A stretch of 64,000 bases of DNA from positions 82,951-146,950 of the forward strand of contig CAVZPE010000013.1 of NCBI GenBank assembly GCA_963776915.1. Reading direction: 5' to 3'. The notes under the pieces were generated by a model that did no database searches, was not told where the DNA came from, and saw only the letters and a program-made list of their open reading frames with translations. Positions within the stretch are counted from its first letter, which is position 1. Each line of letters opens with the position of its first letter. Below are positions 22,585 through 34,666 of this stretch, piece after piece. The translations under genes and the position numbers were made by a program. The stretch is from an uncultured Acidobacteriota bacterium. GTDB taxonomy: Bacteria > Acidobacteriota > Thermoanaerobaculia > UBA5066.

Positions 22585-23163
22585 CGCGTCGCTCCCATGA
22601 GCTGCCGGAGCCGCGCGAGCGCGAGGCGGCAGCGGCTCGCGGCCGTGAAGGCGGGAACGCCGGTGATCGCCCCGATCTCGCGGAACGAGCAGCCGGCCAC
22701 GTGGTGCAGAAGGACGGCCTCGCGCTGCGGCGGCGGGAGCCGGTCGAGCGCGCGGGACGTCCGGGACGCGAGAGCCGCGCCTTCCGGGCCGGAGCCGGGC
22801 GCCGCGACGTGGGCGGCGCTGTCGAGCGGCTCCGCCCGGCGGCGGGCCCTTCGCCGCGCCACGTCCACCGCGGCGTTGTGGGTCACCGCGAGGAGCCAGA
22901 CGTGGGGCGCCCCGACGGCGCTCAACTCTCCGCGACGCGAGGCGAGACGCACGAAGACCTCCTGGACGACGTCGCGCGCGTCCTCCTCGCAGCCGGTGCG
23001 CCAGAGGGCGAGGCCGTAGAGCCGGCGCGACGCGATGTTCCAGACGGTCTCGAGCGCCGCGGCGTCGCCACCGGCGAGGGCGTGGAAGGGCGCGCGCAGC
23101 GCCTCGCCCCAGGAGACGTCCCGGGCGGGGAGGCCTCTCGAGCTGTCCGGCCACGGCGTGCAT
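22581..23163 (-). CDS. ECF-type sigma factor (1 apparent frameshift after the start)
   Basis: ..ALETVWNIASRRLYGLALWRTGCEEDARDVVQEVFVRL..HVWLLAVTHNAAVDVARRR.. and region 4 ..GCSFREIGAITGVPAFTAASRCRLALARLR... The ATG at 23163 is in a neighbouring frame, and the shift lies in a CCCCGCCCGGG run. Confidence 0.8.
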
Positions 23164-23259
23164 CCTAGGGAAGACGCACGGGAAGCGCGATCTGGTCAGT
23201 CCTTGCGGCGCGGCGGAGGTTGGCGTAGCTTGTGGCCGAGTCTGCGCGACGGCACGAAA

Positions 23260-25840
23260 ATGAGCTCCGAGACTGTTCCTCGGCCGGACGAATCCGAAAG
23301 CGGATTCTGGTCGGCTGCCGAGACGCTGAAGCGGCTGCAGGCCGCGGGTCCGCCCCTCCGCCGGGTCGAGCGCGAGGGGCCGCTCCCGCTTTCCTTCGCG
23401 GAAGAGCGGCTGTGGTTCCTGGGCAGGTCGCATCCCGAGAGCCCCGCCGACAACGTGTCCCTCGCATGGCGGCTCGAGGGCGCATGCGACGTCGCCGTGC
23501 TGGAAGCCGCCCTGAGAGCCGTCGTGGCGCGCCACGAGACGCTGCGTACGACGTTTCCGGTCCTCGACGGACGTCCGGTGGCCGTCGTGGGGGACGCCGC
23601 GGTCGCGCTCCGCGTCGAGGACGTCGCCCTCGCGCCGGGGGACGCGTCGGAACGCGAGGCCGTGAGGCGTGCCGGCGAGGAGGCCCGTCGCCCCTTCGAC
23701 CTGTTGCGCGGGCCGCTGCTTCGCGCCGTTCTCTACCGGTGGGGACCCGCGGAGGGCCTGCTCGTCGTCACCGTCCACCAGATCGTGTTCGACGGCTCGT
23801 CCGTCCGGCTGCTGGGCCGCGATCTGGCCGAGAGCTTCCGGGCCCTCGCGGCCGGCAGCTTCCCGTCGCTGCCGGAGCTCCCGGTCCGGTACACCGACTA
23901 CGCGGCGTGGCAGCGGTTGTTCGTGCAGCAGGACGTTCTCGCCGCCGACACGGGGCACTGGTCCGGCGCGCTCAGCGCCGCCTACGCCCCGCTGACCTTC
24001 CCCGGGACGTCGTCGCCGGCGGGTTCGATCGGCCCGGCGGCGCGGCGTCCGTGGTCGCTCGACGCGGCGGCCACGGCCCGCCTCAAGCGGGTCGCGCGGA
24101 GCGAGCAGGCGACGGACTTCATGGTCGTCGTCGCCGGACTGCAGGCGCTGCTGCGCCGCCGCACGCGGGCCGAGGACGCGATCGTCTTCGCCTCGACCGC
24201 GGGGCGGAACCGGCCCGAGGTGCGGAACCTGATCGGCCTCTTCGCGAACGTCCTGCCGCTGCGCGTCGACCTGGCCGGCGCCCCGAGCTTTCGCGAGCTC
24301 GTTCGCCGGGTTCGCGCGGTGGTCCTCTCGGGATTCGCGCACCAGGAGCTTCCCTTCCAGCGCATCGTCGAGCATCTCCGGCTGCGCGACGAGGACCGGA
24401 GTCACTCCGTGTTCCAGGCGATGGTGATCTTCCAGAACCTCGCGGTTCCGTCGCAGTCGATCCCGGGGCTGACGCTTCACGCCGGTGGACGGGATCGACA
24501 ACGGCGCATCGCGGTTCCATCTCCTCTTCGACATCGCCGACACGAAGGACGGGCTGCGGGGATTCCTGAAGGCCCGGACGGACGTCTTCGACGAGGGCGA
24601 CGTCGACCGGCTCGGGGGCGACCTGCGGTCCATCCTGGAGGCCGCGGGAGCGAATCCCGACGGAAGGATCGCGGACCTCCCGGTCTCGTCCGGCGGGGGG
24701 ACGGAGGCTCCGCCGCCGGCGGCGCCCCGTCACGCGTCCCGGAGCCGCGGAGCCGCGGTCGCGCCCCGGGACATGCTCGAACGCCAGCTCGTGAGCGTGT
24801 GGGAGGACGCCTTCGGATCCACGCCGATCGGCGTCCGGGACAACTTCTTCGATCTCGGCGGCGAGTCTTTCAAGGCCGTGCGCATCGTCGGCCGGATCGA
24901 GGCTCTCACGGGGAGGAGCCTGCCGCTCGTGACGCTCCTCGAGGCGCCGACGATCGAGCGCCTCGCCGCGCTCCTGAAGGACGAGGGCTGGAAGCCGCGC
25001 TGGTCGTCGCTGGTCCCGATCCGCCCCGGCGGCACACGACCTCCCTTCTACTGCGTCCACGGGGTCGGCGGGAACATCCTCGAGTTCGAGCACCTCGGCC
25101 GGTACCTGGACCCGGATCAGCCGCTCTACGGGATCCAGGCGCAGGGTCTCGACGGAAGGATGCCGCGCCTCGACTCGGTCGAGGAGATGGCCGCCCACTA
25201 CGTCCAGGAGATCCGCGAGCTCCAGCCCCACGGCCCGTATTTCCTCGGAGGCTCCTCCTTCGGCGGCACGGTCGCGTGGGAGGTCTCGCAGCAGCTCCGG
25301 GCCGATGGGGAGGAGGTCGGCCTCCTCGTCATGTTCGACACGCACGGGCCGGGGTTCCCGAGGTTCCTGCCGACGGCGACGGGCCTGCGCAAGAGATGGG
25401 GTGACTTCCGCTACCGCGTGGAGCTTCACGCCGGGAACATCCTCGCCTCGAAGGGACGCCGGTGGGAGTACGTCCGGACGAAGGCGGGGAGGCTCCGCCG
25501 GCAGCTCGTGCAGACGTACGGGCGGCGGCTCCGGGCGATGGTGGAGAGGCTCACGCTTCCCCGGGCGATCCGGGAGGTCGGCGAGTCGGGAGCCGAGGCG
25601 AGTCGCGGCTACGAGCCGCGGCCCTACCCGGGAAGGGTCGCGCTCCTCAGGGCGACCGAGCAGCCCTACGGGATCGTCCCGGATCCCACGAACGGCTGGA
25701 GCGCGCTCGCCGTCGGCAGCCTCGAGGTCCGAGACGTGCCGGGACACCACGGCGCGATCATGCGCGAGCCGCGCGTGCGCATCCTCGCGCAGGAGCTCGA
25801 CGCCTGTCTCCGCGAGGCCCAGGCCCTTCACGCACCCTGA
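23260..25840 (+). CDS. stand-alone NRPS-like protein: condensation - thiolation - thioesterase (C-T-TE), no adenylation domain (1 apparent frameshift near 24483)
   Basis: The C domain has ..LSFAEERLWFL.. and a core motif ..TVHQIVFDGSS... The carrier domain has ..DNFFDLGGESFKAVRIV... The TE domain has ..FYCVHGVGGN..FLGGSSFGG..VPGHHGAIM... Confidence 0.85.
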
Positions 25841-26763
25841 ACGGCGCCGGGACCCGCATGCGTCCGCGCGAGGAACGCCCGGATCTCGCCGGATTCGTCG
25901 GCGAGCGGCTCGACGCCGCGGTACGCCGCCGCTCTTTCGAGCATGCGCGCGATCGCCTTTCCCTGCCCGAGCCCGACCTCGAATCCGAGAAGGGAATCGG
26001 GTCTCAGGAATTCCGGCGCCTCGCGGATCAGCCGCGTCAGGAGCGTGACGCCGAAGGCGCCTCCGTCGAACGCGAGGCGTGGTTCGTGTGCGGCGACCTC
26101 GCGATCCATGAGGCCGACTTTCGCCGACGAGATGTAGGGGGGGTTGCAGGTCACGACGTCGAGCGTCCCGCGGTACGCCTCCTCGTGAAACGCGCCGAAC
26201 ATGTCCCCTTCCACGACGTGGACCCTGCCGGCGACGCCGAGGTGCTTCGCGTTCGCCCGTGCCAGCTCGACCGCCTCCGGAGCAAGATCCGAGGCGAAGA
26301 CGGTCGCGCGCGGCTCGTGCACGGCGATCGCCACGGCGATGTTGCCGGCGCCGGTGCAGATGTCGAGCACCCGGATCGGGCCGCGCGCGTCGGCGAGAGC
26401 GTTCGCGGCCGCCAGCACGGCTCGCGCCAGGATCTCGGTCTCCGCGCGCGGGATCAGGGCTCCCTCGCCCGCGAGGAGCTCGAGCCCCATGAAGTGCTGT
26501 CGTCCCGTGAGGTGGGCGAGCGGGGTCCCCGCAAGTCGCCGCTCGACGAGGCCGGCCAGCCTCGCGACGCCCGCGTCGTCCAGATCGGCAGGCGTCTCGA
26601 GAAGCGCACGGCGCGCCGACCGCGGGCTGCCGGCCGCGACGGACCAGAGCGCGCGCAGCGTCGCCTCCGGGGTCTCCTCGGGCTTGTCACGCAGGGGAAC
26701 GAGGGACGTGCTCAACCGGTCCAGGAGCGCCCGATAGGCCCCGGAGGCGGGATGAGCCTTCAT
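25828..26763 (-). CDS. HemK/PrmC-family N5-glutamine methyltransferase
   Basis: Intact 311-aa ORF with ..VLDICTGAGNIAV.. and ..DVVTCNPPYIS... Its 3' end overlaps the convergent C-T-TE gene by 13 nt. Confidence 0.85.
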   Translation of the reverse strand: MKAHPASGAYRALLDRLSTSLVPLRDKPEETPEATLRALWSVAAGSPRSARRALLETPADLDDAGVARLAGLVERRLAGTPLAHLTGRQHFMGLELLAGEGALIPRAETEILARAVLAAANALADARGPIRVLDICTGAGNIAVAIAVHEPRATVFASDLAPEAVELARANAKHLGVAGRVHVVEGDMFGAFHEEAYRGTLDVVTCNPPYISSAKVGLMDREVAAHEPRLAFDGGAFGVTLLTRLIREAPEFLRPDSLLGFEVGLGQGKAIARMLERAAAYRGVEPLADESGEIRAFLARTHAGPGAVQGA

Positions 26764-26798
26764 GCCGCGCCGCGAGTCACGTCGGAAAAAAGACTAGC

Positions 26799-27680
26799 AT
26801 GGTCCCGCCGATGCGCATGACCCGAAGGGCGGCGGCCGCGGCCGTCGTCACGATCACCCTCCTGTTCTCCCTCTCCTGCGAGGATTCGAAGATGCGTGCA
26901 GCGAAGAAGTCCGCGAGACTCTCCCCGCTTCCGGTCGACGCCCTGAGCAGGCTTTCGCGGGAGACGATCTACTTCGGCCATCAGTCGGTCGGCGCCAACA
27001 TCGTGGACGGAATCCGGGACGTCCTCAAGGACGACCCGCAGCCGGCGTGGAAGATCGTCGAGCTGGACGACTTCGGGACGGCCAGGACGCCCGCCCTCGT
27101 CCATTCGTGGATCGGCCGCAACGGCCTTCCGGTCTCGAAGCTCGACGACTTCTCGAGCATCCTCCGCCGGAAGACGACGCCGCGGTTCGACGTCGCGCTC
27201 ATGAAGTTCTGCTTCGTGGATTTCTCGGAAGAGACCGACGTGCAGGACCTGTTTCGACGTTACGTGGACACGTTCGCCGGCCTCGAAGAGTCGTTCCCGG
27301 GAACGACGTTCGTCCACGTGACGGTTCCGCTCACCGGCAGACCCGGCGGGCTGAAGTGGATGGCGCGGAACGCCGTGAAGCGGCTCATCGGACGCAAGGT
27401 CAGGGGCCCCCGGGACAACAGGACGATCAACGAGTTCAACGACCTCTTGAGGAAGAAATACCTCGGCCACGAGCCCCTGTTCGACCTGGCGGCCCTCGAG
27501 TCGACGCACGCCGACGGGTCGCGGGAGATGATCGAAGAGGGCGGGCGCACGCTCTATTCGCTCGCGCCCGAGTACACCTTCGACGGCGGACACCTGAACG
27601 AGACGGGCCGTCGGATCGTGGCGCTGGAGCTCCTGAGATACCTCGCGGAGCTTCCCGCGAAGGGCGCTCCCGGATCCTGA
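26799..27680 (+). CDS. lipoprotein, SGNH/GDSL-hydrolase-like (tentative)
   Basis: Lipobox-like ..LLFSLSCED... Block-like motifs ..IYFGHQSVGANI.., ..ALMKFCFVD.. and ..DGGHLNETG.. are present. The assignment is from pattern memory only. Confidence 0.55.
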   Translation: MVPPMRMTRRAAAAAVVTITLLFSLSCEDSKMRAAKKSARLSPLPVDALSRLSRETIYFGHQSVGANIVDGIRDVLKDDPQPAWKIVELDDFGTARTPALVHSWIGRNGLPVSKLDDFSSILRRKTTPRFDVALMKFCFVDFSEETDVQDLFRRYVDTFAGLEESFPGTTFVHVTVPLTGRPGGLKWMARNAVKRLIGRKVRGPRDNRTINEFNDLLRKKYLGHEPLFDLAALESTHADGSREMIEEGGRTLYSLAPEYTFDGGHLNETGRRIVALELLRYLAELPAKGAPGS

Positions 27681-27713
27681 CGAAGAGGTTCGAGCGCGTT
27701 TCCGTGCCCGCGA

Positions 27714-28691
27714 CTATCGCGGGCCGAGCGCCGCGGGGACCATCCGCAGGTACTCGGTCGTGCGGCGCTTGCGCTCGAAATCGCGGAAGGCCCGCCGCAC
27801 CTGCTCGGCCGTGAGGCCGGCCTCGCGGGCGACGTCCTCGACCGGGGCGTTTCGCTCCTGGGCCGACCACAGGACGTCCATGAGCGCGAACGGGAGCCGG
27901 AAGAAGAACTCCTCCTGCGTGCTGCCGGCTGCGTACGTGTCGCTCGTGGGCGGCCGCCGGCGAATCTCCTCGGGCACGCCGAGGAAGTCCGCGAGCCGGT
28001 AGACCTGCGTCTTGAACAGGTGGACGATGGGCTGGACGTCGGCGCCGCCGTCTCCGAACTTCACGAAGAACCCCTGGTCGTGCTCGTTCTTGTTCGCCGT
28101 CCCGACGACCGCGAGGTGCCTCGACTCGGCGTGGTAGTAGAGCATCGCCATGCGCGAGCGCTGCTTGAAGTTCGAGGCCGCGACCGTCTGGAGGTACTCG
28201 GAGCGCCCCGGCGGGCGGCTCGTGGTCTCTCCGTTTCGCGCGACGACCGTGAGGGAGAAGAGGTTGAAGCCGTCCTGCTCGAGGAGCCCTTCGGGGAGCG
28301 TGATCCGAGCCCTGTCCCCGGCGGCCGGGTCGTATCCGGGGAAGACGCGGCGAATCGCCTCGTCGCGCCGCCGGTAGCATCCGAAGCCCTCGAGAGCCGG
28401 CGTCATGTCCTCCCGCAGCGGCTCGACGCCGAGCCGGCCCGCGACTTCGCGCGCGAGCCGCTCGCTCTCGGGATCCGATTCGCGCTCCGGGAGCAGGAGG
28501 GCGACGACGCGTCCGGGGCCGAACGCTTTCACGGCGAGCGCGAGGACGACGGACGAGTCGACTCCGCCGCTGATGCCGACGACCGCTCCGTGGCGCCGCA
28601 TCGCGTGGTGCACGGTTTCGCGGAGGAAGGCGACGATCCGGTCCGTCTCGGCCGCGGGGTCGAGTTCGAGCGCGTCGGTCAGGTGGCTCAT
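27714..28691 (-). CDS. nadE: NAD+ synthetase-like PP-loop ATP pyrophosphatase (NadE family, no glutaminase domain)
   Basis: ..VVGISGGVDSSVV.. PP-loop, ..NKNEHDQGFFVKFGDGGADVQPI.. and ..TSDTYAAGSTQEE... The ATG at 28691 overlaps the AsnB stop (ATGA). Confidence 0.8.
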   Translation of the reverse strand: MSHLTDALELDPAAETDRIVAFLRETVHHAMRRHGAVVGISGGVDSSVVLALAVKAFGPGRVVALLLPERESDPESERLAREVAGRLGVEPLREDMTPALEGFGCYRRRDEAIRRVFPGYDPAAGDRARITLPEGLLEQDGFNLFSLTVVARNGETTSRPPGRSEYLQTVAASNFKQRSRMAMLYYHAESRHLAVVGTANKNEHDQGFFVKFGDGGADVQPIVHLFKTQVYRLADFLGVPEEIRRRPPTSDTYAAGSTQEEFFFRLPFALMDVLWSAQERNAPVEDVAREAGLTAEQVRRAFRDFERKRRTTEYLRMVPAALGPR

Positions 28692-30677
28692 GTCGCGTCC
28701 TCCGGGCCGCCGTGCGGCCCCGCATGGATCAACGGGGCTTCCGCCGCCGGGACGGGCGGCGGAGCCTCGAATCGGGTCACGAAACGCGCGAGCAGTATCT
28801 GCGTGGACAGGATTCCGGCGAGCGCCATCTCGTCCGTCTCGCTCAGGGCAACGCCGCTCCCGGCCTTCTCGACGAGCCCGGCGACCGCGCGCGCGTCGAA
28901 GAGCCCCGCCCTCGTGATCTCGGAAGGGGAGAGGAGGTCGCGGACGTACTCGGGCCGCCCGGCGCCGAAGAAGCTCCGGCCGATCGGGGCGCGATAGGGG
29001 CGCTTGGGCCTCGCCCGGATCTCCTCGGGGACCCAGCCCTTCACGGCCGTCCTCAGGAGCGCCTTCTCCTCGAGGACGCGGAGCTTCAGGTCGGAAGGCA
29101 GAGCGGCGCAGAACTCGAAGAGGCGGGTGTCGAGGAAGGGGTGCCGCCCCTCGACGGAGTGGGCCATCGCGACGCGGTCCCCCTGCGACGAGAGGAGGTA
29201 CTGGGGGAGAAAGAGGCTCGTCTCGAGGTACTGGGCTCTCTGGAGCGGGTCCCAGTTCGTGAAGTCCGGCGGGATGCCGAGCCGGGAGGTCGCGGAGCCG
29301 CGTCGCGAGAGGTCCCCCCGGAGCGCCTCGGCGAAGAATCGTTTCGTCCGCGCCGTGTTCCTCCAGCGGACCGCGTGCGAGTAGTCGGGCGACGCCGTGT
29401 CGGTCAGCGACGCTCCGAAGAACGCCCGCAGGTAGGAGTCGTTGACCCGGCCGAGCCCGGGGATGTCGGGGTAGAGCCGCCTCAGGAGCAGCGGGCGCCA
29501 GCGCGAATCGGGTCGGCGCGCCCAGAACCGCCGGATCATCGTCTCCTTGAAGATGTCGTAGCCGGCGAGGAGCTCGTCCGCTCCCTCGCCCGTGAGGACG
29601 ACCTTGAAGCCGTGGTCGCGCACGAGCTTCGACAGGAGGAACATCGGGACGGGGGCCGTGCGGAGCACGGGTGTCTCCGTGTGCCACACGACCTCGGGGA
29701 AGGCGCGGCCGATGTCCGCGTGAGTCGCCTCGAGGACGTGGTGGCGGGTCCCGAGCGCCTCGGCCATCCGGGTCTGGTGCTCCCGCTCGTCGAAATCGTC
29801 GTCCCGGAACGCGATGGAGAAGGTCTCGAGCCGGTCCGGAACCAGGCGCCTCGCGATCGCGGCGATCGTCGAGGAGTCGAGGCCGCCGCTCAGGTAGGCG
29901 CCGACCGGCACGTCGGCCCGCAGCCGGATCCGCGTCGCGTCGACGAGCAGCGCGCGGAGCTCCTCGGCGCAGTCCGCCTCCTCGCGGCGGCGCCCGCGCG
30001 CGTAGGTCGGCCGCCACCAGGATTCGAGCGACGCTGCCGCGCCGGCTCACGGTCAGGGTGTGGCCGGGCGGAAGCTCGGAGATGCCCTCGAAGGCGCTGC
30101 GGCCCGGAAGCGTGCTCCAGAAGGTGAAGATCTCGTCCAGGCCGAGCGGGTCGATCCGGGCCGTGAACCGGCCCTCCGCGAGGAGGGCCTTGATCTCGGA
30201 GCCGAAGCCGAAGACGCCGCCCGACCGCGCGTAGAAGAGCGGCCGGACCCCGAGGCGGTCCCGCGCGAGGAAGAGGGATTCCGCCTTCCGGTCCCAGATC
30301 GCCGCCGCGAACTGTCCGTTGAGGCGGTCGAGGCACGCGGGGCCGAGGTCCTCGTAGAGATGGAGCAGGACCTCGGTGTCGCTGCGCGTCCGGAACCGGT
30401 GTCCCCGCTTCTCGAGTCCGGCCCGCAGCTCGAGGTGGTTGAAGATCTCGCCGTTGAAGACGATCCAGAGCGACGCGTCCTCGTTCGGGATCGGCTGGCG
30501 GCCGCCCGCGAGGTCGACGATGCTGAGCCGGGCGCTTCCGAGCCCGACGTCGCCGTCGAGACAGATGCCCATCTGATCCGGTCCGCGGTGGCGGATCGTC
30601 GCGAGCATCCGCCTGAGGCTGGCCTCCTCGACCGGGGGCCCGTCGCCCAAGTTGAGGAGCCCGACGATGCCGCACAT
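28688..30677 (-). CDS. asparagine synthetase B-type glutamine amidotransferase (1 apparent frameshift near 30025)
   Basis: N-terminal nucleophile MCGIVG.., ..RGPD.., ..FNGEIFNH.., and the synthetase domain ..AYLSGGLDSS..LTGEGADELLAGY... Its start overlaps the ligase stop (TGATG). Confidence 0.9.
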
Positions 30678-32227
30678 CAGGTCAGGGCGGCCCGGTGGAT
30701 CTTCCCCGAGGGCGTCTTCGGAAGCTCGTCGCGGAACTCCACATCGCGCGGCACGCAGATGTCCTCGAGCCGGGCCTTGCAGTGCGCGAGGACTTCCGCC
30801 TTCGCCGGCCTCGGGCCGTTGAACACGACGAAGGCCTTGATCGCCTCGCCGAGGATCGGATCCGGAATGCCGACCACCGCGGCCTCGACGACGCCCGGCA
30901 TGTCGTACAGGGCGTTCTCGACCTCCTTCGGGGAGATTTTCTCGCCGCGGCTCTTGATGAAGTCCCCGCTCCGGCCGAGGAACGTGCAGTAACCCTCCTC
31001 GTCCATCCGGAAGATGTCGCCGGTGTGGCAGACCCTCTCGCCCGGCAGCGGGCCCGGCCTGAAGCGCCGCCGCGTCGCCTCCGCGTCGCCCCAGTAGCCG
31101 CGCATGACGTGGCGTCCGCGCACGACGAGCTCGCCCGGCTGGCCCGGGCCGAGCCTGGCGCCGTGCTCGTCCTCGATCCAGACCTCGGTCCCCGGGATCG
31201 CGATCCCGACCGATCCCGGCCTCTCGTCGAGCTGCTCGGGAGGGAGGTAGAGCGTCCGCTTCGTCTCGGTCAGCCCGTACATCGAGTAGACCGCGACGCC
31301 GGGCAGGCGTCGCCGGAGCTCCTGGATGTGGTGGACCGGAAACGCGGCGGCCGTATTCGTGACGTACCTCAGGCTCGAGAGGTCGTATGCGCCGAGGTCC
31401 ATCTGCAGGAGGAGCGCGAAGAGAGTCGGAACGCCGGGCAATCCGGTCACGCCTTCCTCCCGGATGCGCGTCAGGATCGCCGCCGGGTACGCGAAGGACC
31501 GCTCGAGGACGAGCGTGCCGCCGAAGGCGAACGTCATGAGGAGCTGGTAGAGGCCGTAGTCGAAGGACAGCGGGAGCGCGTCGAGCACGACGTCGCTCTC
31601 GACGTTCCGGAGGTACTCGATGATCGAGGACGCCGCGAACACGACGTTGCTGTGGTCCGACATGACGCCCTTGGGCTCGCCGGTGCTCCCCGATGTGTAG
31701 ACGAGGCACGCGAGGTCGAGGTCGACGCGCGGCGTCCCGGGGGGCGTCTCCGGAGAGCCGGCCTCGAGCGCCTCGCGCGCGAGGCCTCCCGGGAGGCGCC
31801 CCGCGGCCGCCTCGGCCCCGTTCCCGCAGACGGCCGTGAAGAGGAGCGAAGGCGCGTCCGACGGTCCGGGGACGAGGCCCCGGTCGACGGCGCCCGCGGC
31901 GACCCACAGGGCGGAGGCCGCGCAGTCGCGCAGGACGTACGCGAGCTTCTCGCGCTTCAGGGCCGGGTTCAGCATCACGAAGACGGCGCCGGCCTTCAGC
32001 GTCGCGAAGATGCCGACGACCGCGTCGGCCGAATTCGGGAGACACAGGGCGACGCGGTCGCCGCGGCCGACGCCGCGGGATCTCAGCCCGTGAGCGAGGC
32101 GGTCGGTCGCACGGTCCAGCTCCGCGTACGTCCAGCGGCGCCCGTCGCACACGAGGGCGACCTTGTCGGGGAGGCGCGACGCCGACCGGCGCAAAAAGTC
32201 GTGAACGAGCGTCGGGTGACCGCTCAC
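30677..32227 (-). CDS. AMP-forming acyl-CoA/acyl-carrier ligase (ANL superfamily)
   Basis: Intact 516-aa ORF with ..LVYTSGSTGEPKGV.., ..YGLTET.., ..TGDIFRMDEEGY.. and ..PKTPSGKIHR... The GTG start overlaps the ACP stop (GTGA). From memory it resembles the exosortase-A-associated ligase family. Confidence 0.9.
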   Translation of the reverse strand: MSGHPTLVHDFLRRSASRLPDKVALVCDGRRWTYAELDRATDRLAHGLRSRGVGRGDRVALCLPNSADAVVGIFATLKAGAVFVMLNPALKREKLAYVLRDCAASALWVAAGAVDRGLVPGPSDAPSLLFTAVCGNGAEAAAGRLPGGLAREALEAGSPETPPGTPRVDLDLACLVYTSGSTGEPKGVMSDHSNVVFAASSIIEYLRNVESDVVLDALPLSFDYGLYQLLMTFAFGGTLVLERSFAYPAAILTRIREEGVTGLPGVPTLFALLLQMDLGAYDLSSLRYVTNTAAAFPVHHIQELRRRLPGVAVYSMYGLTETKRTLYLPPEQLDERPGSVGIAIPGTEVWIEDEHGARLGPGQPGELVVRGRHVMRGYWGDAEATRRRFRPGPLPGERVCHTGDIFRMDEEGYCTFLGRSGDFIKSRGEKISPKEVENALYDMPGVVEAAVVGIPDPILGEAIKAFVVFNGPRPAKAEVLAHCKARLEDICVPRDVEFRDELPKTPSGKIHRAALT

Positions 32228-32490
32228 GGCCCGGCTGGAGCGCTCGACGCCTTGCGGGCGCGAATGAACCGGGCCAGGCGGCTCACGGAGTCGAAGTTCT
32301 CGGGGGTGATCTCGGTCGGCGCGATCTCGATGGAGAAGTGCTCGCCGACGAAGTTGACGAGCTCGAGAACGCCGACGGAATCGACGACGCCCTCGTCCAG
32401 GAACGAAGCGTCGTCGGAGTGGGGGTACCCGCCCTCGGCGTACAGGAGGTTGCGCGCGATGAAGTCGCGGATCTCGGCTTCGATCTCCAT
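32224..32490 (-). CDS. acyl carrier protein
   Basis: 88 aa: MEIEAEIRDFIARNLLY..FLDEGVVDSVGVLELVNFVGEHF.. (DSxxxLE phosphopantetheine site). Confidence 0.85.
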   Translation of the reverse strand: MEIEAEIRDFIARNLLYAEGGYPHSDDASFLDEGVVDSVGVLELVNFVGEHFSIEIAPTEITPENFDSVSRLARFIRARKASSAPAGP

Positions 32491-32501
32491 CGGGCCCGGC
32501 C

Positions 32502-33806
<1,305 letters not shown>

Positions 33807-33957
33807 GGGGTGCTCCTCCTCCGGGCGGTTCATCTCACTCCCAACATCGGGGCCGGCGGACATTACCGCAGGTGAGGCGTTTGCATCAGGTGGAAGCGCG
33901 CGGACCGGTCCACATTTTCGAAGGCTGTTTCTTCGACGGTCCAATAGAATTGTCGGC

Positions 33958-34629
33958 ATGAGCAGCCGCACGCTTCGCTACGCCGTCCTCGCCCCCTCGA
34001 TCGCGCTCCTCCCGGCCCTTGCGATCGCCCAGGGTCCGCCGACGGTTCTCGAGCGCGTCCAGCGCAAGTTCGCCGAGAACGAGGAGATCCGGAAGCTGGC
34101 GACGACACAGCCGGCGGCTCTCGCCGCCGTCGGCTGGCTGGCGGGCAACTGGGACGCCGTGGTCAAGACGCACGGCACCGGGAAGGACAGCGAGAAGGTC
34201 GAGAAGGCGACCCGGACGACGCGGTTCGAGCTCGGCGGGCGGTGGCTCATCTCGCGCAACAAGGGCGCGGGTCCGCTCGGCGAGGACGCGGTCGAGATCC
34301 TCGGCTTCGACCCCTTCCAGCGCATCTGGCGGTGGCAGTTCTTCTCGAGCGTCGGCCGCGGGACGAACGCCCCGCTCGTCTCGACCCAGGGCTGGGACGG
34401 GGAACGGCTCACGCTCTCCGGGACGTTCTGGATCTGGGGCGAGTCCGCCGACGTCTCGATGCGCCTCGTGAAGATGAGCGACGACGAGTACTACGAGATC
34501 TTCGAGGAGAAGCTCCCCGGCGACATCCGCCGGCCCTTCCTCGAGTACCAGTACACGCGCGCGAAGGCGGCCCCCGCGGCGAAACCGGCTCCGGCGGCGA
34601 AGCCCGCTCCGAAGCCCGCGGCGAAGTGA
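33958..34629 (+). CDS. secreted hypothetical protein (DUF1579-like, tentative) with Ala/Pro/Lys tail
   Basis: Signal peptide [26 protein letters not shown], then ..[23 protein letters not shown]..., and a C-terminal [17 protein letters not shown] tail. Confidence 0.55.
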   Translation: MSSRTLRYAVLAPSIALLPALAIAQGPPTVLERVQRKFAENEEIRKLATTQPAALAAVGWLAGNWDAVVKTHGTGKDSEKVEKATRTTRFELGGRWLISRNKGAGPLGEDAVEILGFDPFQRIWRWQFFSSVGRGTNAPLVSTQGWDGERLTLSGTFWIWGESADVSMRLVKMSDDEYYEIFEEKLPGDIRRPFLEYQYTRAKAAPAAKPAPAAKPAPKPAAK

Positions 34630-34633
34630 GGGC

Positions 34634-34656
34634 GGCGGCCCGCGCCGCGGGCCGCC
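34634..34656. terminator. GC-rich palindrome between convergent genes (possible bidirectional terminator)
   Basis: GGCGGCCCGCG-C-CGCGGGCCGCC is a perfect 11-nt inverted repeat. No U-tract is present on either side. Confidence 0.4.
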
Positions 34657-34666
34657 GCGCGAGGCC

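Noticed and set aside
27714-32150. 1478-aa minus-strand ORF suggesting one giant multidomain protein.
   Set aside because: It is a composite created by stop-free alternative frames. Reading the motifs shows three separate genes (ligase, AsnB, NadE) with their own starts and overlapping stop/start signals.
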